Below are positions 8,608-17,015 of a stretch of 27,384 nt of DNA, piece after piece (the first letter of the stretch is position 1; each line of letters opens with the position of its first letter). The stretch lies in IMG/VR virus record IMGVR_UViG_3300031454_000237, positions 1 to 27,384 of that record, one strand, 5' to 3'. The DNA comes from a virus (taxonomy: Duplodnaviria; Caudoviricetes). Below the pieces are notes generated by a model. It searched no databases. It saw only the letters and a program-made list of their open reading frames with translations, and had not been told where the DNA came from. The translations under genes were made by a program, and so were the position numbers.

Positions 8608-8797
8608 CCACAGCTTCCGAGCCACCCTCTTCGTGGAGTCGGCCGAGGACGCCGAAGCGAAAGCGCACGAGGCGTGCCGGCGCTACTTCGGTGACACGCC
8701 CTACACGATCGCCGTCGACACGGAGGAGCTTCGCACAGCCAGCGACCGCGTCCTCGGTTACCGGTGCGACGTCTGCGCTGCGGCGGACTTGACATGA
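8600..8797 (+). CDS. Hypothetical protein (65 aa)
   Basis: GGAG SD, ATGA coupling; MTDHSFRATLFVESAEDAEAKA... Confidence 0.7.
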   Translation: MTDHSFRATLFVESAEDAEAKAHEACRRYFGDTPYTIAVDTEELRTASDRVLGYRCDVCAAADLT

Positions 8798-8809
8798 CCG
8801 AGCCATGCC

Positions 8810-8830
8810 TTGTTGACACAATGTCAACAA
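8810..8830. promoter_or_regulatory. AT-rich 21-bp palindromic operator candidate upstream of whiB
   Basis: TTGTTGACA-CAA-TGTCAACAA perfect 9-bp inverted repeat containing TTGACA on both strands. Confidence 0.65.
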
Positions 8831-8853
8831 ACCCGATCAACGGAGCATCGCCG

Positions 8854-9315
8854 ATGACCACACCACCAACCGGCTCGCCAGCCTGCGCACCCTTCCCGAC
8901 CGCATGGTGGTACCCGCAGCGACGCACCGGCCAGGACAACCACGGCGACCTGGCCAAGACCATCTGCGCCATCTGCCCGCAGCGAGTCCAGTGCCTCGAC
9001 GGTGCACTGCAGCGCGGCGAGGAATGGGGAGTGTGGGCGGGCGCGGGTGAGTCACGTCGACGTGTGCTGCGCCGTGCGTCCGCTGACGGCCGCCTCGACG
9101 CCGTGGTTGCTGCGCACTGGCGTCAGCTCGACGGCGTGGCGCAGGCAGGCGATCAGGGCCTGCTCGCGGTGCCGGGCAAGGGGGCGACTCACGGCCGGCG
9201 GGCGACGCAGGCGAAGGGCTGCGACTGTCGTCCGTGCAAGATGTCGGCGAGCTTCGACGGCGTGGTGAAGACGTTGGAGCGGCCACGGGTGCCTCGTCGG
9301 GCGGTGGCGGCATGA
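8854..9315 (+). CDS. whiB: WhiB-family Fe-S transcription factor with C-terminal Cys-rich extension
   Basis: C...WWYP...AKTICAICPQRVQCL...GVWAG; GGAG 8 nt before ATG 8854 (ATG 8794 is an alternative); C-terminal HG...GCDCRPC. Confidence 0.9.
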   Translation: MTTPPTGSPACAPFPTAWWYPQRRTGQDNHGDLAKTICAICPQRVQCLDGALQRGEEWGVWAGAGESRRRVLRRASADGRLDAVVAAHWRQLDGVAQAGDQGLLAVPGKGATHGRRATQAKGCDCRPCKMSASFDGVVKTLERPRVPRRAVAA

Positions 9316-9926
9316 GCGACCTCAGCCCTACCACGCTGACCACGGTGCTTGACCAGCCGGCGCTGCCCGGTCTCGAGCTCTGCGCGACTGGGGCCCGCAT
9401 CACCGGGGACGTCGACGTCCCGGCGATGCTCGGGCACCTGGTGCAGTTGCGTCGTGCCGGTGCGGCGTGGCGGTGGATCGTCGGTGACCTCGTGCTCGCC
9501 ATCGCCGACACCCACGACGACGGGCTGGCGTTCGCGTTCCGTCAGATCAGCGACCTCGACTTGGACGATCAGCCGTCGCTCATGCGGTCGGTGGCCGTGG
9601 CTCGGGCGATCCCGCTGCCACGACGCCGCGAGGTGTTGTCGTGGTCGCACCACGCCGCTGTGGTGCCGCTCGGCGCCGTAGAGCAGGACCGTTGGCTTCG
9701 TGAGGCCGAGGCCCGGCACCTGAGCGTTGACGCCATGCTCGGCGAGGTGATCGACACGCAGCCGCCGCAGCCTGAACCGGAGCCGTTGCCGTTGCCGTTG
9801 GTGCCGAGGCGCACCGTCGCGGAGATCGAGGAGGCCTGGAACCGTGACCCCGCGGCGGTGGTGGTGTTGCGCCGCAACGTTGAGGGCGCCGTCACCGTGC
9901 AGATCATCGACCGCGGGGTGTTCTGA
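9312..9926 (+). CDS. LmbU-like transcriptional regulator
   Basis: WRWIVGDL...VARAIPLPRRREVLSWSHHAAV...EQDRWLREAE resembles the LmbU-family core. Confidence 0.7.
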   Translation: MSDLSPTTLTTVLDQPALPGLELCATGARITGDVDVPAMLGHLVQLRRAGAAWRWIVGDLVLAIADTHDDGLAFAFRQISDLDLDDQPSLMRSVAVARAIPLPRRREVLSWSHHAAVVPLGAVEQDRWLREAEARHLSVDAMLGEVIDTQPPQPEPEPLPLPLVPRRTVAEIEEAWNRDPAAVVVLRRNVEGAVTVQIIDRGVF

Positions 9927-10087
9927 TGCCGCCGGCCCTGAGTGCTCGCGGGTGCAAGCAGTTCATTGTTCGCATGGCCCCCGAGATGCACCAGCAACTC
10001 AAAGATCACGCCGCTGCACATGATCGAACGATGGCGCAGACCGTTCGTCGAGCGGTCCGTCTCCTCCTTGCCACCGAGGAGAACTGA
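9926..10087 (+). CDS. Arc-like ribbon-helix-helix DNA-binding protein (53 aa), absent from the ORF track
   Basis: MPPALSARGCKQFIVRMAPEMHQQLKDHAAAHDRTMAQTVRRAVRLLLATEEN; TGATG overlaps at both ends. Confidence 0.78.
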   Translation: MPPALSARGCKQFIVRMAPEMHQQLKDHAAAHDRTMAQTVRRAVRLLLATEEN

Positions 10088-10881
10088 TGGCGAGCCCGCT
10101 CGAAGGCCGGCCGCCGATGCCGATCCCCCGGGTTGTCGACTCCTACGACGGCGTGCCCTGCGACTGGATCCGCCCTAACGATGCACCGATCCGCCCCGGC
10201 GAACCGTGCGGGCAGATCCACACCCGATGCACCGCCCACCTCAAAGCCACCAACCCGGAGCGCATCCACCTCCGCGGTGACCCGTGCCGCGCCCCGGCCA
10301 TCGAGGGCCTCCTCGTCTGCCGCAACCACGGCGGCGGACCGAAGCACGCGCGTGCCGCCGGGGCCGCCAACGTCGAACGCGAGAAAGCGATGGGCAGGGT
10401 CGGGCCGCTCGTCGCCGAGGCACTGGCCAAGGTTCAGGTCATGAGCGGCGCCGACCAGCTACTCACCGCGATCCACCACGCCGGGGCCATGGCCCTGTCG
10501 TACCGCTGGCTGCTCGACGAGCTGCCCGTCGAGTCGACGTGGTCATGGGAAGAAGTGCAAGGCGAAGCAGGCGGCAAGAAACGCTGGGTGATCATCGACC
10601 AGGAGGGACTGCACGGCCCCGACGCCCAAGGAGTAGGCCAGCTCCACGCCTACGAACGGGCCTACGGCTACTGGACAGCACTGCACGGCAAACTGCTGGT
10701 CGAGGCGGCCAAGGTCGGCCTCGACGAGCGTCGCCAAGCCCTCGCCGAAACGCAGGTCCAAGCCGTCGGCACCGCCATCCGCACCATCGTCGCCGGCCTC
10801 GGACGCGACCTCGACGACCCGACCGTCGTGCCCGTCGTCGAAGCGGCACTCCGGGCACTCACCGCCGAAGCCATCGGGTGA
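10087..10881 (+). CDS. terS: Putative terminase small subunit
   Basis: CRAPAIEGLLVCRNHGG motif and helical C-terminus; directly upstream of and coupled to terL; GAGGAG SD. Confidence 0.7.
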   Translation: MASPLEGRPPMPIPRVVDSYDGVPCDWIRPNDAPIRPGEPCGQIHTRCTAHLKATNPERIHLRGDPCRAPAIEGLLVCRNHGGGPKHARAAGAANVEREKAMGRVGPLVAEALAKVQVMSGADQLLTAIHHAGAMALSYRWLLDELPVESTWSWEEVQGEAGGKKRWVIIDQEGLHGPDAQGVGQLHAYERAYGYWTALHGKLLVEAAKVGLDERRQALAETQVQAVGTAIRTIVAGLGRDLDDPTVVPVVEAALRALTAEAIG

Positions 10882-12338
10882 CCTTCACCTTCGACGCCCT
10901 GCGGGCCAGCCTGTACCCCGAGACGGACCCGAGCCTGGCCGACCCGATCAACTGGGTGCACGAGCGTCTCGGCGAGCAGCTGTGGTCGAAGCAACGGGAG
11001 ATCCTCGAATCGGTGCGGGATCACCGCCGCACCGCCGTGCACTCGTCCCACGCAGCCGGCAAGAGCCACCTTGCTGCCCGTGTCGCCGCCTGGTGGATCG
11101 AATGCCACCCGCCCGGCTCCGCCTTCGTCGTGTCGACCGCGCCGTCGTGGCCGCAGGTGCGAGCGATCCTGTGGCGCTACATCGGCCAGGTGCACCGCAA
11201 GGGCAACCTGTCCGGCAAGGTGAACCAGACCGAATGGTTCATCGGCCCTGAGATGGTCGGCTACGGCCGCAAGCCACCCGACAACGACGAGGAAGGATTC
11301 CAGGGCGTGCACGCCCAGTACGTGCTGGTGCTCGTCGATGAGGCCGCCGGCATCCCCGCCGCTCTCTGGGTGGCGATCCTCGCCCTGCTGACCACCATCG
11401 ACTGTCGGGTCCTGGCCATCGGCAACCCGGACTACGAAGGCTCGGCGTTCAGCCGCATGTGCTCGCCCGGCTCGGGTTGGAACGTCGTGCACATCGACGG
11501 CCTCGAAACCCCGAACTTCACCGACGAACCCAAACCGAAGGGCGCACCGCTGCTCGACCAGTCGTGGATCGACGACCTCGTCACCGACTACGGCATCGAC
11601 TCCCCGCAGTACGTGGCGAAGGTGCGGGGCCTGTTCCCCGCCGATCGCACCGACGGCGTGGTGCCGTGGTCATGGGTGCACCAGTGCCGCCACACGGACG
11701 CCCTCGACCACGTCGGTCCGTTGCGGGTGCCCGTCGAGTTGGGTGTCGACGTCGGCGGCGGTACGGACCTGACGGTGATCCGTGAGCGTCGGGGCCCGGC
11801 GGTCGGCCGGCGTTGGACCGCGAACACTGAGGACAGCGAGATCATCGTCGACGAGGTGCTGGTGGCCATCCGACTGAGCGAGGCCACGACGGTCAAGGTG
11901 GACTTCGGTGGCATCGGGTTCGGGGTCGTCGGGTCGCTGCGCCGCCGGGTCGCAGCCGAGATCGCATGGCCGGTGCGCATCGAGGCCGTCGAGTTCGGCG
12001 GCAAAGCGAAGGACCCCGGCAAGTACCTCAACGTGCGGGCCGAAATGTACTGGGAGGCACGGCTCCGGTCGAAGGACCACGGCTGGTTCCTCGGCGGCGA
12101 CGAGGCCGGGGTTCCGTTGGTCGATGACCGCACCGTGGCGGACCTGACGGAGGCCCGCTGGTTCGAGGCGAAGGGCGGCCAGATCCAGATCGAGGCGAAG
12201 GATCAGATCCGCCAGCGCCTGGGCCGCTCCCCCGATGACGGCGACGCTCTGGTGCTCGCCTTCTACGATCCGCCATCGTCGGTGGCCGAACCGGTGGCCG
12301 AGTGGAACTACGCAGCCCAGCGGCGGAGCCGACGATGA
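10878..12338 (+). CDS. terL: Terminase large subunit
   Basis: LWSKQREIL, Walker A SSHAAGKS, Walker B LVLVDEA, IGNP, nuclease GVDVG and SPDDGDA; GTG start overlapping the terS stop. Confidence 0.93.
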   Translation: MTFTFDALRASLYPETDPSLADPINWVHERLGEQLWSKQREILESVRDHRRTAVHSSHAAGKSHLAARVAAWWIECHPPGSAFVVSTAPSWPQVRAILWRYIGQVHRKGNLSGKVNQTEWFIGPEMVGYGRKPPDNDEEGFQGVHAQYVLVLVDEAAGIPAALWVAILALLTTIDCRVLAIGNPDYEGSAFSRMCSPGSGWNVVHIDGLETPNFTDEPKPKGAPLLDQSWIDDLVTDYGIDSPQYVAKVRGLFPADRTDGVVPWSWVHQCRHTDALDHVGPLRVPVELGVDVGGGTDLTVIRERRGPAVGRRWTANTEDSEIIVDEVLVAIRLSEATTVKVDFGGIGFGVVGSLRRRVAAEIAWPVRIEAVEFGGKAKDPGKYLNVRAEMYWEARLRSKDHGWFLGGDEAGVPLVDDRTVADLTEARWFEAKGGQIQIEAKDQIRQRLGRSPDDGDALVLAFYDPPSSVAEPVAEWNYAAQRRSRR

Positions 12339-12358
12339 TGGGCTAGCCGCCCGTTGGA

Positions 12359-12394
12359 TGCATCCGACCCATTGGTGCCGGGTCGCTCCACGGT
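12359..12394 (+). promoter_or_regulatory. Candidate late promoter copy 1 (leaderless portal mRNA)
   Basis: TGCATCC-N23-CACGGT-N6-ATG(12401); no SD. Confidence 0.65.
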
Positions 12395-12400
12395 GACCGG

Positions 12401-14290
12401 ATGGCTGCACCGACCGGGATCACCATCGACCAGTGGTCTCCGCTCAGCCACATCGAAGCCATCGGTCAGCCCGGCGTACACCTCCGCCTCGACGTCGCGC
12501 ACACATGGGTCCCCGACTCTGAGCGCCGCAGAATCGCCGCCTATTTGGTGCTCGCCGCCTACCGCAACAACGTGGCCCGCGAGTTCCTGCGCAACGGCAC
12601 CACGGAGGAGCAGCGTCGGGCGTACCGCGAGTACGGCGACCCGTCGGTCATCATCGACCGCATCGTCGCTGCGGTGCTCGGCGACGGATGGACCATCGCC
12701 GTGGGCGGGGCCGCCGATGACCTGAACGCCGGGCCCCCGTTGCCCGAAGCGCCGGAGCCGCCCGGCGACAGTGCACCACCCGTCGAGCAACGCATCCACA
12801 CGGCCCGTACCGCCGCCTATGAGCGTGACGTCGAAGAGATCGTGACCGCGTGGGAACAGGCGCTCGACGCCCAGCCGGTCGCCCGTCAACGCCAGGCCGA
12901 GCTCGACACATGGGCCGACCGGCGCCAACTGCGCAGCCACATCGCCGAAAACGAGGGCGACGCCGCCGGATTGGGTGACGGTGTGATGGTGCTGTGGCCG
13001 GCCGGTCAAGGCGAGTGGCCGAACATCGAGGTCTACGAGCCCGGCTTCTACTTCCCGCAGTTGCCCGACGACGGAGCCCAGGGCCAGTACCCCGAGACGG
13101 TGCACCTCGCGTGGGAGTACGAGTCCACCACGCTCGGTGTCACCGAAACCTATGTGCGACGCATGAGCTTCGAACTGGTGGACCTGTCCGGCCGTTACAC
13201 CACCGTCGACCAGCGCAGCGGCGACCTGATGTGGCTCGGCGTCGACGGCCTGCCCGCTGACCGTCCGGTACTCCAGGTCGGTGACACCGTGTTGGAGGGT
13301 CGCATCGTTCGCACCCTGCCGTGGCTCGACGAGGACGGTGAGCCGGCCACCACGGACCGCACCTGCGTCTACAGCGACGGCACGTGGCGCCTCGCCGACG
13401 TGCAATCCGGGAAGGTCGACGCCCTCGACGACTCCAAGGCCCTCGGCGGCATCACCCGACGCGACCTCGGCATCGACTTCATCCCGGTGCTGCACACGCC
13501 CGGCACGGCCGGCAAGGGCCACTACGGGGACTCCGTGCTCGCGTCGGTCGCCCAGGTGATCGATGACCTGTGCCGCAACGACAGCGACATCATGGGCGCC
13601 TCGGAGTACCTGGGCGCCCCGGTCGTGGCGCTCTCCGGGAAGCGGGAGTTCCCCGACGGTGGACAGGTGCTGCCCGGCCGCGGGTACAGCCTCGGTGAGA
13701 ACGGTCGCATGGACACCCTCGACCTGTCGGCCAGCATCACCGAACTGTTCGGCCTCGGCGAACGGATCATCGACCGGCTGCTGCGCAACGTCGGCATCCC
13801 CAGCGAAGCAATGGGCCGCGTCCAGGCCGGCCAGGTCGCCGGCATCACGCTGCTACTGCGCTACGCACCCTTCGCCCAGCTCGTCGGGGGCATACGCCAG
13901 ATCCGTGAACCGAAGTACCGGCTGCTGCTCAAGATGGCGCAGCGCATGGCCATGGTCGACGGGGCAATCGAACCGGGCCCGATCATCGAGGCCCGCATCG
14001 CCTGGGGCAACTTCCTGCCAACGGACCGTGCCGAGACCGTGAAGCTCGTCACCGAAGCGCTCAACGCGCATGCCATGTCCACGCAGACCGCGGTGCGCAT
14101 GCTCATCGCAGCCGGCGTGCCCGTCGACGACGCGGCGGCGGAGATCGAACGGATCCGCAACGAGGACACGGGTGCGGCGCTCAACGTCGCCAACGCCACG
14201 GGGAGTGAGTTGGCCGCCGCCAAGTTCCTGGGCATCGAGGTGCCCGAGGCTGCTCCCCCGCCGGCCATCAACCTGCCGCCGCTGACGTGA
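12401..14290 (+). CDS. Portal protein
   Basis: 629 aa gene immediately after terL; DLGIDFIPVLH...GHYGDSVL, AGITLLLRYAP and WGNFLPTD segments resemble SPP1-like portals. Confidence 0.82.
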   Translation: MAAPTGITIDQWSPLSHIEAIGQPGVHLRLDVAHTWVPDSERRRIAAYLVLAAYRNNVAREFLRNGTTEEQRRAYREYGDPSVIIDRIVAAVLGDGWTIAVGGAADDLNAGPPLPEAPEPPGDSAPPVEQRIHTARTAAYERDVEEIVTAWEQALDAQPVARQRQAELDTWADRRQLRSHIAENEGDAAGLGDGVMVLWPAGQGEWPNIEVYEPGFYFPQLPDDGAQGQYPETVHLAWEYESTTLGVTETYVRRMSFELVDLSGRYTTVDQRSGDLMWLGVDGLPADRPVLQVGDTVLEGRIVRTLPWLDEDGEPATTDRTCVYSDGTWRLADVQSGKVDALDDSKALGGITRRDLGIDFIPVLHTPGTAGKGHYGDSVLASVAQVIDDLCRNDSDIMGASEYLGAPVVALSGKREFPDGGQVLPGRGYSLGENGRMDTLDLSASITELFGLGERIIDRLLRNVGIPSEAMGRVQAGQVAGITLLLRYAPFAQLVGGIRQIREPKYRLLLKMAQRMAMVDGAIEPGPIIEARIAWGNFLPTDRAETVKLVTEALNAHAMSTQTAVRMLIAAGVPVDDAAAEIERIRNEDTGAALNVANATGSELAAAKFLGIEVPEAAPPPAINLPPLT

Positions 14291-14315
14291 GCGTCGAAGA
14301 GCCGCAGACTCGCCG

Positions 14316-14726
14316 ATGGGTGCGAATGTGAGGGACCTGTACGACCACCCCACTCCGCTGTACCACTGGTCCCCGAGTGGCCGTCGCAAAAGCATCGAGC
14401 GGCGCGGCCTGGTTCCCTCCAGTATGTCTGTGGATCGGGCGTGGAAGCCGCCGTACGTGGCCTATTCGGATTCGCCGTCGATGGCGTGGGTGCTGAGCGG
14501 CGTGGTGCACCCCGAGGTGGCGTCGTGGGATCTGTGGATGACCTGGTCGAACGTTCCGACGGGTCTGGAAATCATGCCGCTCGACATCGACCGGGAGGTC
14601 ATCAAGGAGGTCCGGGTGTACGAGCGGGTCTTCAAGCGGGATCTGTGGTTCGTTGGTTCACGTCCCGGCATCCAGGAGTCACCCGCACCCCATCACTCGC
14701 TCGACGGCCGTGAGCGAGACGAGTAG
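14316..14726 (+). CDS. Putative ADP-ribosyltransferase-fold protein (Tpt1/KptA- or DarT-like motifs)
   Basis: LYHWSP...RKSIERRGLVP, YVAYSDSP and distal KEVRVY match the spacing of ART NAD-binding motifs. Confidence 0.55.
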   Translation: MGANVRDLYDHPTPLYHWSPSGRRKSIERRGLVPSSMSVDRAWKPPYVAYSDSPSMAWVLSGVVHPEVASWDLWMTWSNVPTGLEIMPLDIDREVIKEVRVYERVFKRDLWFVGSRPGIQESPAPHHSLDGRERDE

Positions 14727-14735
14727 CGCCCGCCC

Positions 14736-14771
14736 TGCATCCGTGGCCAGCACTACATCACGGCGGACGAT
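14736..14771 (+). promoter_or_regulatory. Candidate late promoter copy 2 (scaffold/capsid operon)
   Basis: TGCATCC-N23-GACGAT. Confidence 0.65.
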
Positions 14772-14870
14772 CCGACGTGACCGGCCTCCTGGCCGGGCGG
14801 TTTGCCCGTAGCCGACAAACGGGGCGGCACGCCCATGGCCGTGACATGGGGCAGGAATCAGGAGACAGCG

Positions 14871-15431
14871 ATGCCCGAGCCAGTGATCGAACCCGAGCCG
14901 CCCGCCAAGGTGGAGTTCACCGCGGAACAGCACGCCGAGATCAACCGGATCGTCCAGGCCCGCACCGCCGAGGAAGCCCGCAAGGCCGCCGCAGCGAAGC
15001 AGACCGAGATCGACACCTACCTGGCCGACGAGAAGACCAAGCAAGACTTGGCCCAGCTCGAAGGCATCGAGAAGGCCAACGCCGAAGCGGTCGCCGCCGC
15101 CAAGCGTGCCGAGGCCGCCGAAGCACGGGCAGCCAAGCTCGAAGCCGATACCGCAGCGAAGGACGCCCTGATCGTGGCGGGTGCGAACCCGAAGACGATC
15201 AAGGACGCCCTCCTGCTCCTCGGCGACGGCAACTTGGACACCACCGTCCCGGCCCTTGTCGAACGTCTCCCCGCCCTGTTCACCACCGACGACGGGGCAC
15301 CCAAGCCCCTGACGCCGGGCATCACCCCGCCGAAGGCTCCCAAGCCCAGCAGCGGGGGCACGTCCATGGCCGAACTCGGCCAGGAAGCCCTGCGCTCAGC
15401 AGGCATCCGCGTTCCCAACACCGCCGCCTGA
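14871..15431 (+). CDS. Capsid scaffolding protein
   Basis: AGGAG SD; FTAEQHAEINRIVQAR, coiled coil, Pro/Gly-rich C-terminus; precedes the head genes. Confidence 0.8.
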   Translation: MPEPVIEPEPPAKVEFTAEQHAEINRIVQARTAEEARKAAAAKQTEIDTYLADEKTKQDLAQLEGIEKANAEAVAAAKRAEAAEARAAKLEADTAAKDALIVAGANPKTIKDALLLLGDGNLDTTVPALVERLPALFTTDDGAPKPLTPGITPPKAPKPSSGGTSMAELGQEALRSAGIRVPNTAA

Positions 15432-15449
15432 TCCCAGGAGAACACAGCA

Positions 15450-15830
15450 ATGGACCTCGCCGTCACCACCAAGTCCCACGGGCCTGGTGCAAACCAGGGC
15501 TTCATCGTGAAGCCATCCGACATCACCGAAGTCGGTGGAACCATCGACCTCGCCAAGGCCGGCGCCTCCATCGCCGACAACGCCGTCCCCGCCGGCACCC
15601 TGCTCGCCCGGGTCACCGCCTCGGGCAACCTCGGCACCTACGACAACACCGCCACCGACGGCCGTCAGACCTGCGTCGGCGTGCTCTTCGACTCCATCCC
15701 GACCCGCGGCAAGACCGCCGGGAACGTCGGATGCGCGGTCATCGTCCTCGGTGCCATCTACGGCGCCAAGCTCCCAGTCGCCCCCGATGCCGCCGCCAAG
15801 GCCGACATCCCGTCCATCGTGTTCGTCTGA
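15450..15830 (+). CDS. Head decoration protein (lambda gpD-like)
   Basis: VPAGTLLARVTASGNLGTYDNTATDGRQTCVGVLF pattern; located between scaffold and capsid. Confidence 0.78.
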   Translation: MDLAVTTKSHGPGANQGFIVKPSDITEVGGTIDLAKAGASIADNAVPAGTLLARVTASGNLGTYDNTATDGRQTCVGVLFDSIPTRGKTAGNVGCAVIVLGAIYGAKLPVAPDAAAKADIPSIVFV

Positions 15831-15845
15831 GGAGGCTGACCAATC

Positions 15846-16859
15846 ATGGAACTCTTCGATCTCATCGACCAGCGCCGGCTCACCGCCGCCGCCCGCGCAC
15901 TACCCGAGCCGCCCACCACGCAGCTCAACCTCGTCCTGCCCGACGTCACCGTCGCCGACATCGACTACGAAGTCGAGCAGGTGAAGGACAGCAACAAGGC
16001 TGCCAGCTTCCGTTCGTTCGACGCTCCCGTCGAGCTCGGCGACGCCCCCGAGCTCACCAGCATCCGAGGCGAGATCCCACCGCTCGGTGAGGGCTACCTC
16101 GTCGGCGAGTACCGGCGGCTCCTGGAGCAGCAGCTCCGTGGCGCCAACATCAACGACGCCCTGTTCGCTGCGGTGGTGAACAAGGCCGCCCGCGGGTTCA
16201 AGGCCATCCGGAACCGGATGGAGCTGGCCCGAGCGCAGGTGCTCACCACCGGCAAGTTCACGCTTGCCGGTGAGGGTCGCCTCAACCTCGAAGCCGACTT
16301 CGGTGTCCCGGCCGCCAACTTCGTGACCCCGGCTGCGGCATGGACCGCGTCGACCGATGTCGTCAGCGAACTGTCGAACTGGGCCGCCCTGGCCGAGATC
16401 CCGATCGACTCCATGCTGGTCGGCCGCAACGCGCTGCCCAAGATCATCCGGTCCGAAGCGCTCCGAGGGGTCTACGCGGGCAGCAATGCCCCCACCCAGC
16501 TGACGTTGGATCAGGCCAACCAGGCGCTCAGCGCTGCCGGGCTGCCCAGCATCATCCCTGTGCGCCGGTCCACCATCCAGGTGGCTGATCCGGTCACAGG
16601 CGCTTACACGGCTGTCGAGGCGTTCAACCCGGCCAAGATCGTCATGTACCCCACCGGGTACATCGGCGAGACGAAGTGGGGCACCACCTTCGAGGCCTTG
16701 GAGCTGGTCTCGACCGGCGCCATTGTGGCGCAGGAGGCGCCTGGCCTGGTCGCCACCGTGGTCCGAGAGGGCAACCCCGGCAAGGTGTTCACCAAGGTGG
16801 ACGCCGTGGGGATCCCGGTGCTCGCCGAGCCGGCCTCGCTGGTCGTCGCGACCGTCTGA
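15846..16859 (+). CDS. Major capsid protein (lambda gpE-like)
   Basis: 337 aa; AASFRSFDAP, GEIPPL, IRNRMELARAQVLTTGK, DFGVP, VDAVGIPVL; GGAGG SD. Confidence 0.88.
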   Translation: MELFDLIDQRRLTAAARALPEPPTTQLNLVLPDVTVADIDYEVEQVKDSNKAASFRSFDAPVELGDAPELTSIRGEIPPLGEGYLVGEYRRLLEQQLRGANINDALFAAVVNKAARGFKAIRNRMELARAQVLTTGKFTLAGEGRLNLEADFGVPAANFVTPAAAWTASTDVVSELSNWAALAEIPIDSMLVGRNALPKIIRSEALRGVYAGSNAPTQLTLDQANQALSAAGLPSIIPVRRSTIQVADPVTGAYTAVEAFNPAKIVMYPTGYIGETKWGTTFEALELVSTGAIVAQEAPGLVATVVREGNPGKVFTKVDAVGIPVLAEPASLVVATV

Positions 16860-16866
16860 GTCTGAG

Positions 16867-16901
16867 GCTGCCCGGACCTTTTCCAGGGGGGTCCGGGTGG
16901 C
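16867..16901 (+). terminator. Hairpin after the capsid gene
   Basis: CCCGGACC (16871-16878) / GGTCCGGG (16890-16897), extendable by G-U pairs. Confidence 0.55.
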
Positions 16902-16912
16902 TTCACCATCCG

Positions 16913-16987
16913 AGCGGGGTGGAGCAGTGGTAGCTCGTCTGGCTCATAACCAGAAGGTCGCAGGTTCAAGTCCTGCCCCCGCAACCA
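16913..16987 (+). tRNA. tRNA-Met(CAT), initiator (fMet)-type, with encoded CCA
   Basis: Full cloverleaf: acceptor AGCGGGG/CCCCGCA (1:72 mismatch), D stem GAGC/GCTC (A11:U24), anticodon stem TCTGG/CCAGA, loop CTCATAA, T arm GCAGG-TTCAAGT-CCTGC, ACCA end. Confidence 0.95.
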
Positions 16988-17015
16988 GCAGCAATCCAGC
17001 AGCGAAGGAGCCGTC

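Noticed and set aside
8428-8801. CRISPR-like or attC-like array
   Set aside because: Only two full repeats, 158 nt apart, non-palindromic, separated by coding sequence; no cas or integron integrase
10284-10877. Long N-terminal extension of terL (similarly for ORFs at 2208, 4090 and 4818)
   Set aside because: Out-of-frame overlap with real upstream genes; coupled starts fit better
14777-16090. 437-aa Arg-rich ORF
   Set aside because: Alternative frame across scaffold, decoration and capsid genes; composition typical of non-coding GC-rich frames
16913-16987. tRNA as an attachment site or prophage boundary
   Set aside because: Structural genes continue in normal order on both sides, no integrase nearby, and I saw no duplicated tRNA 3' end in the window
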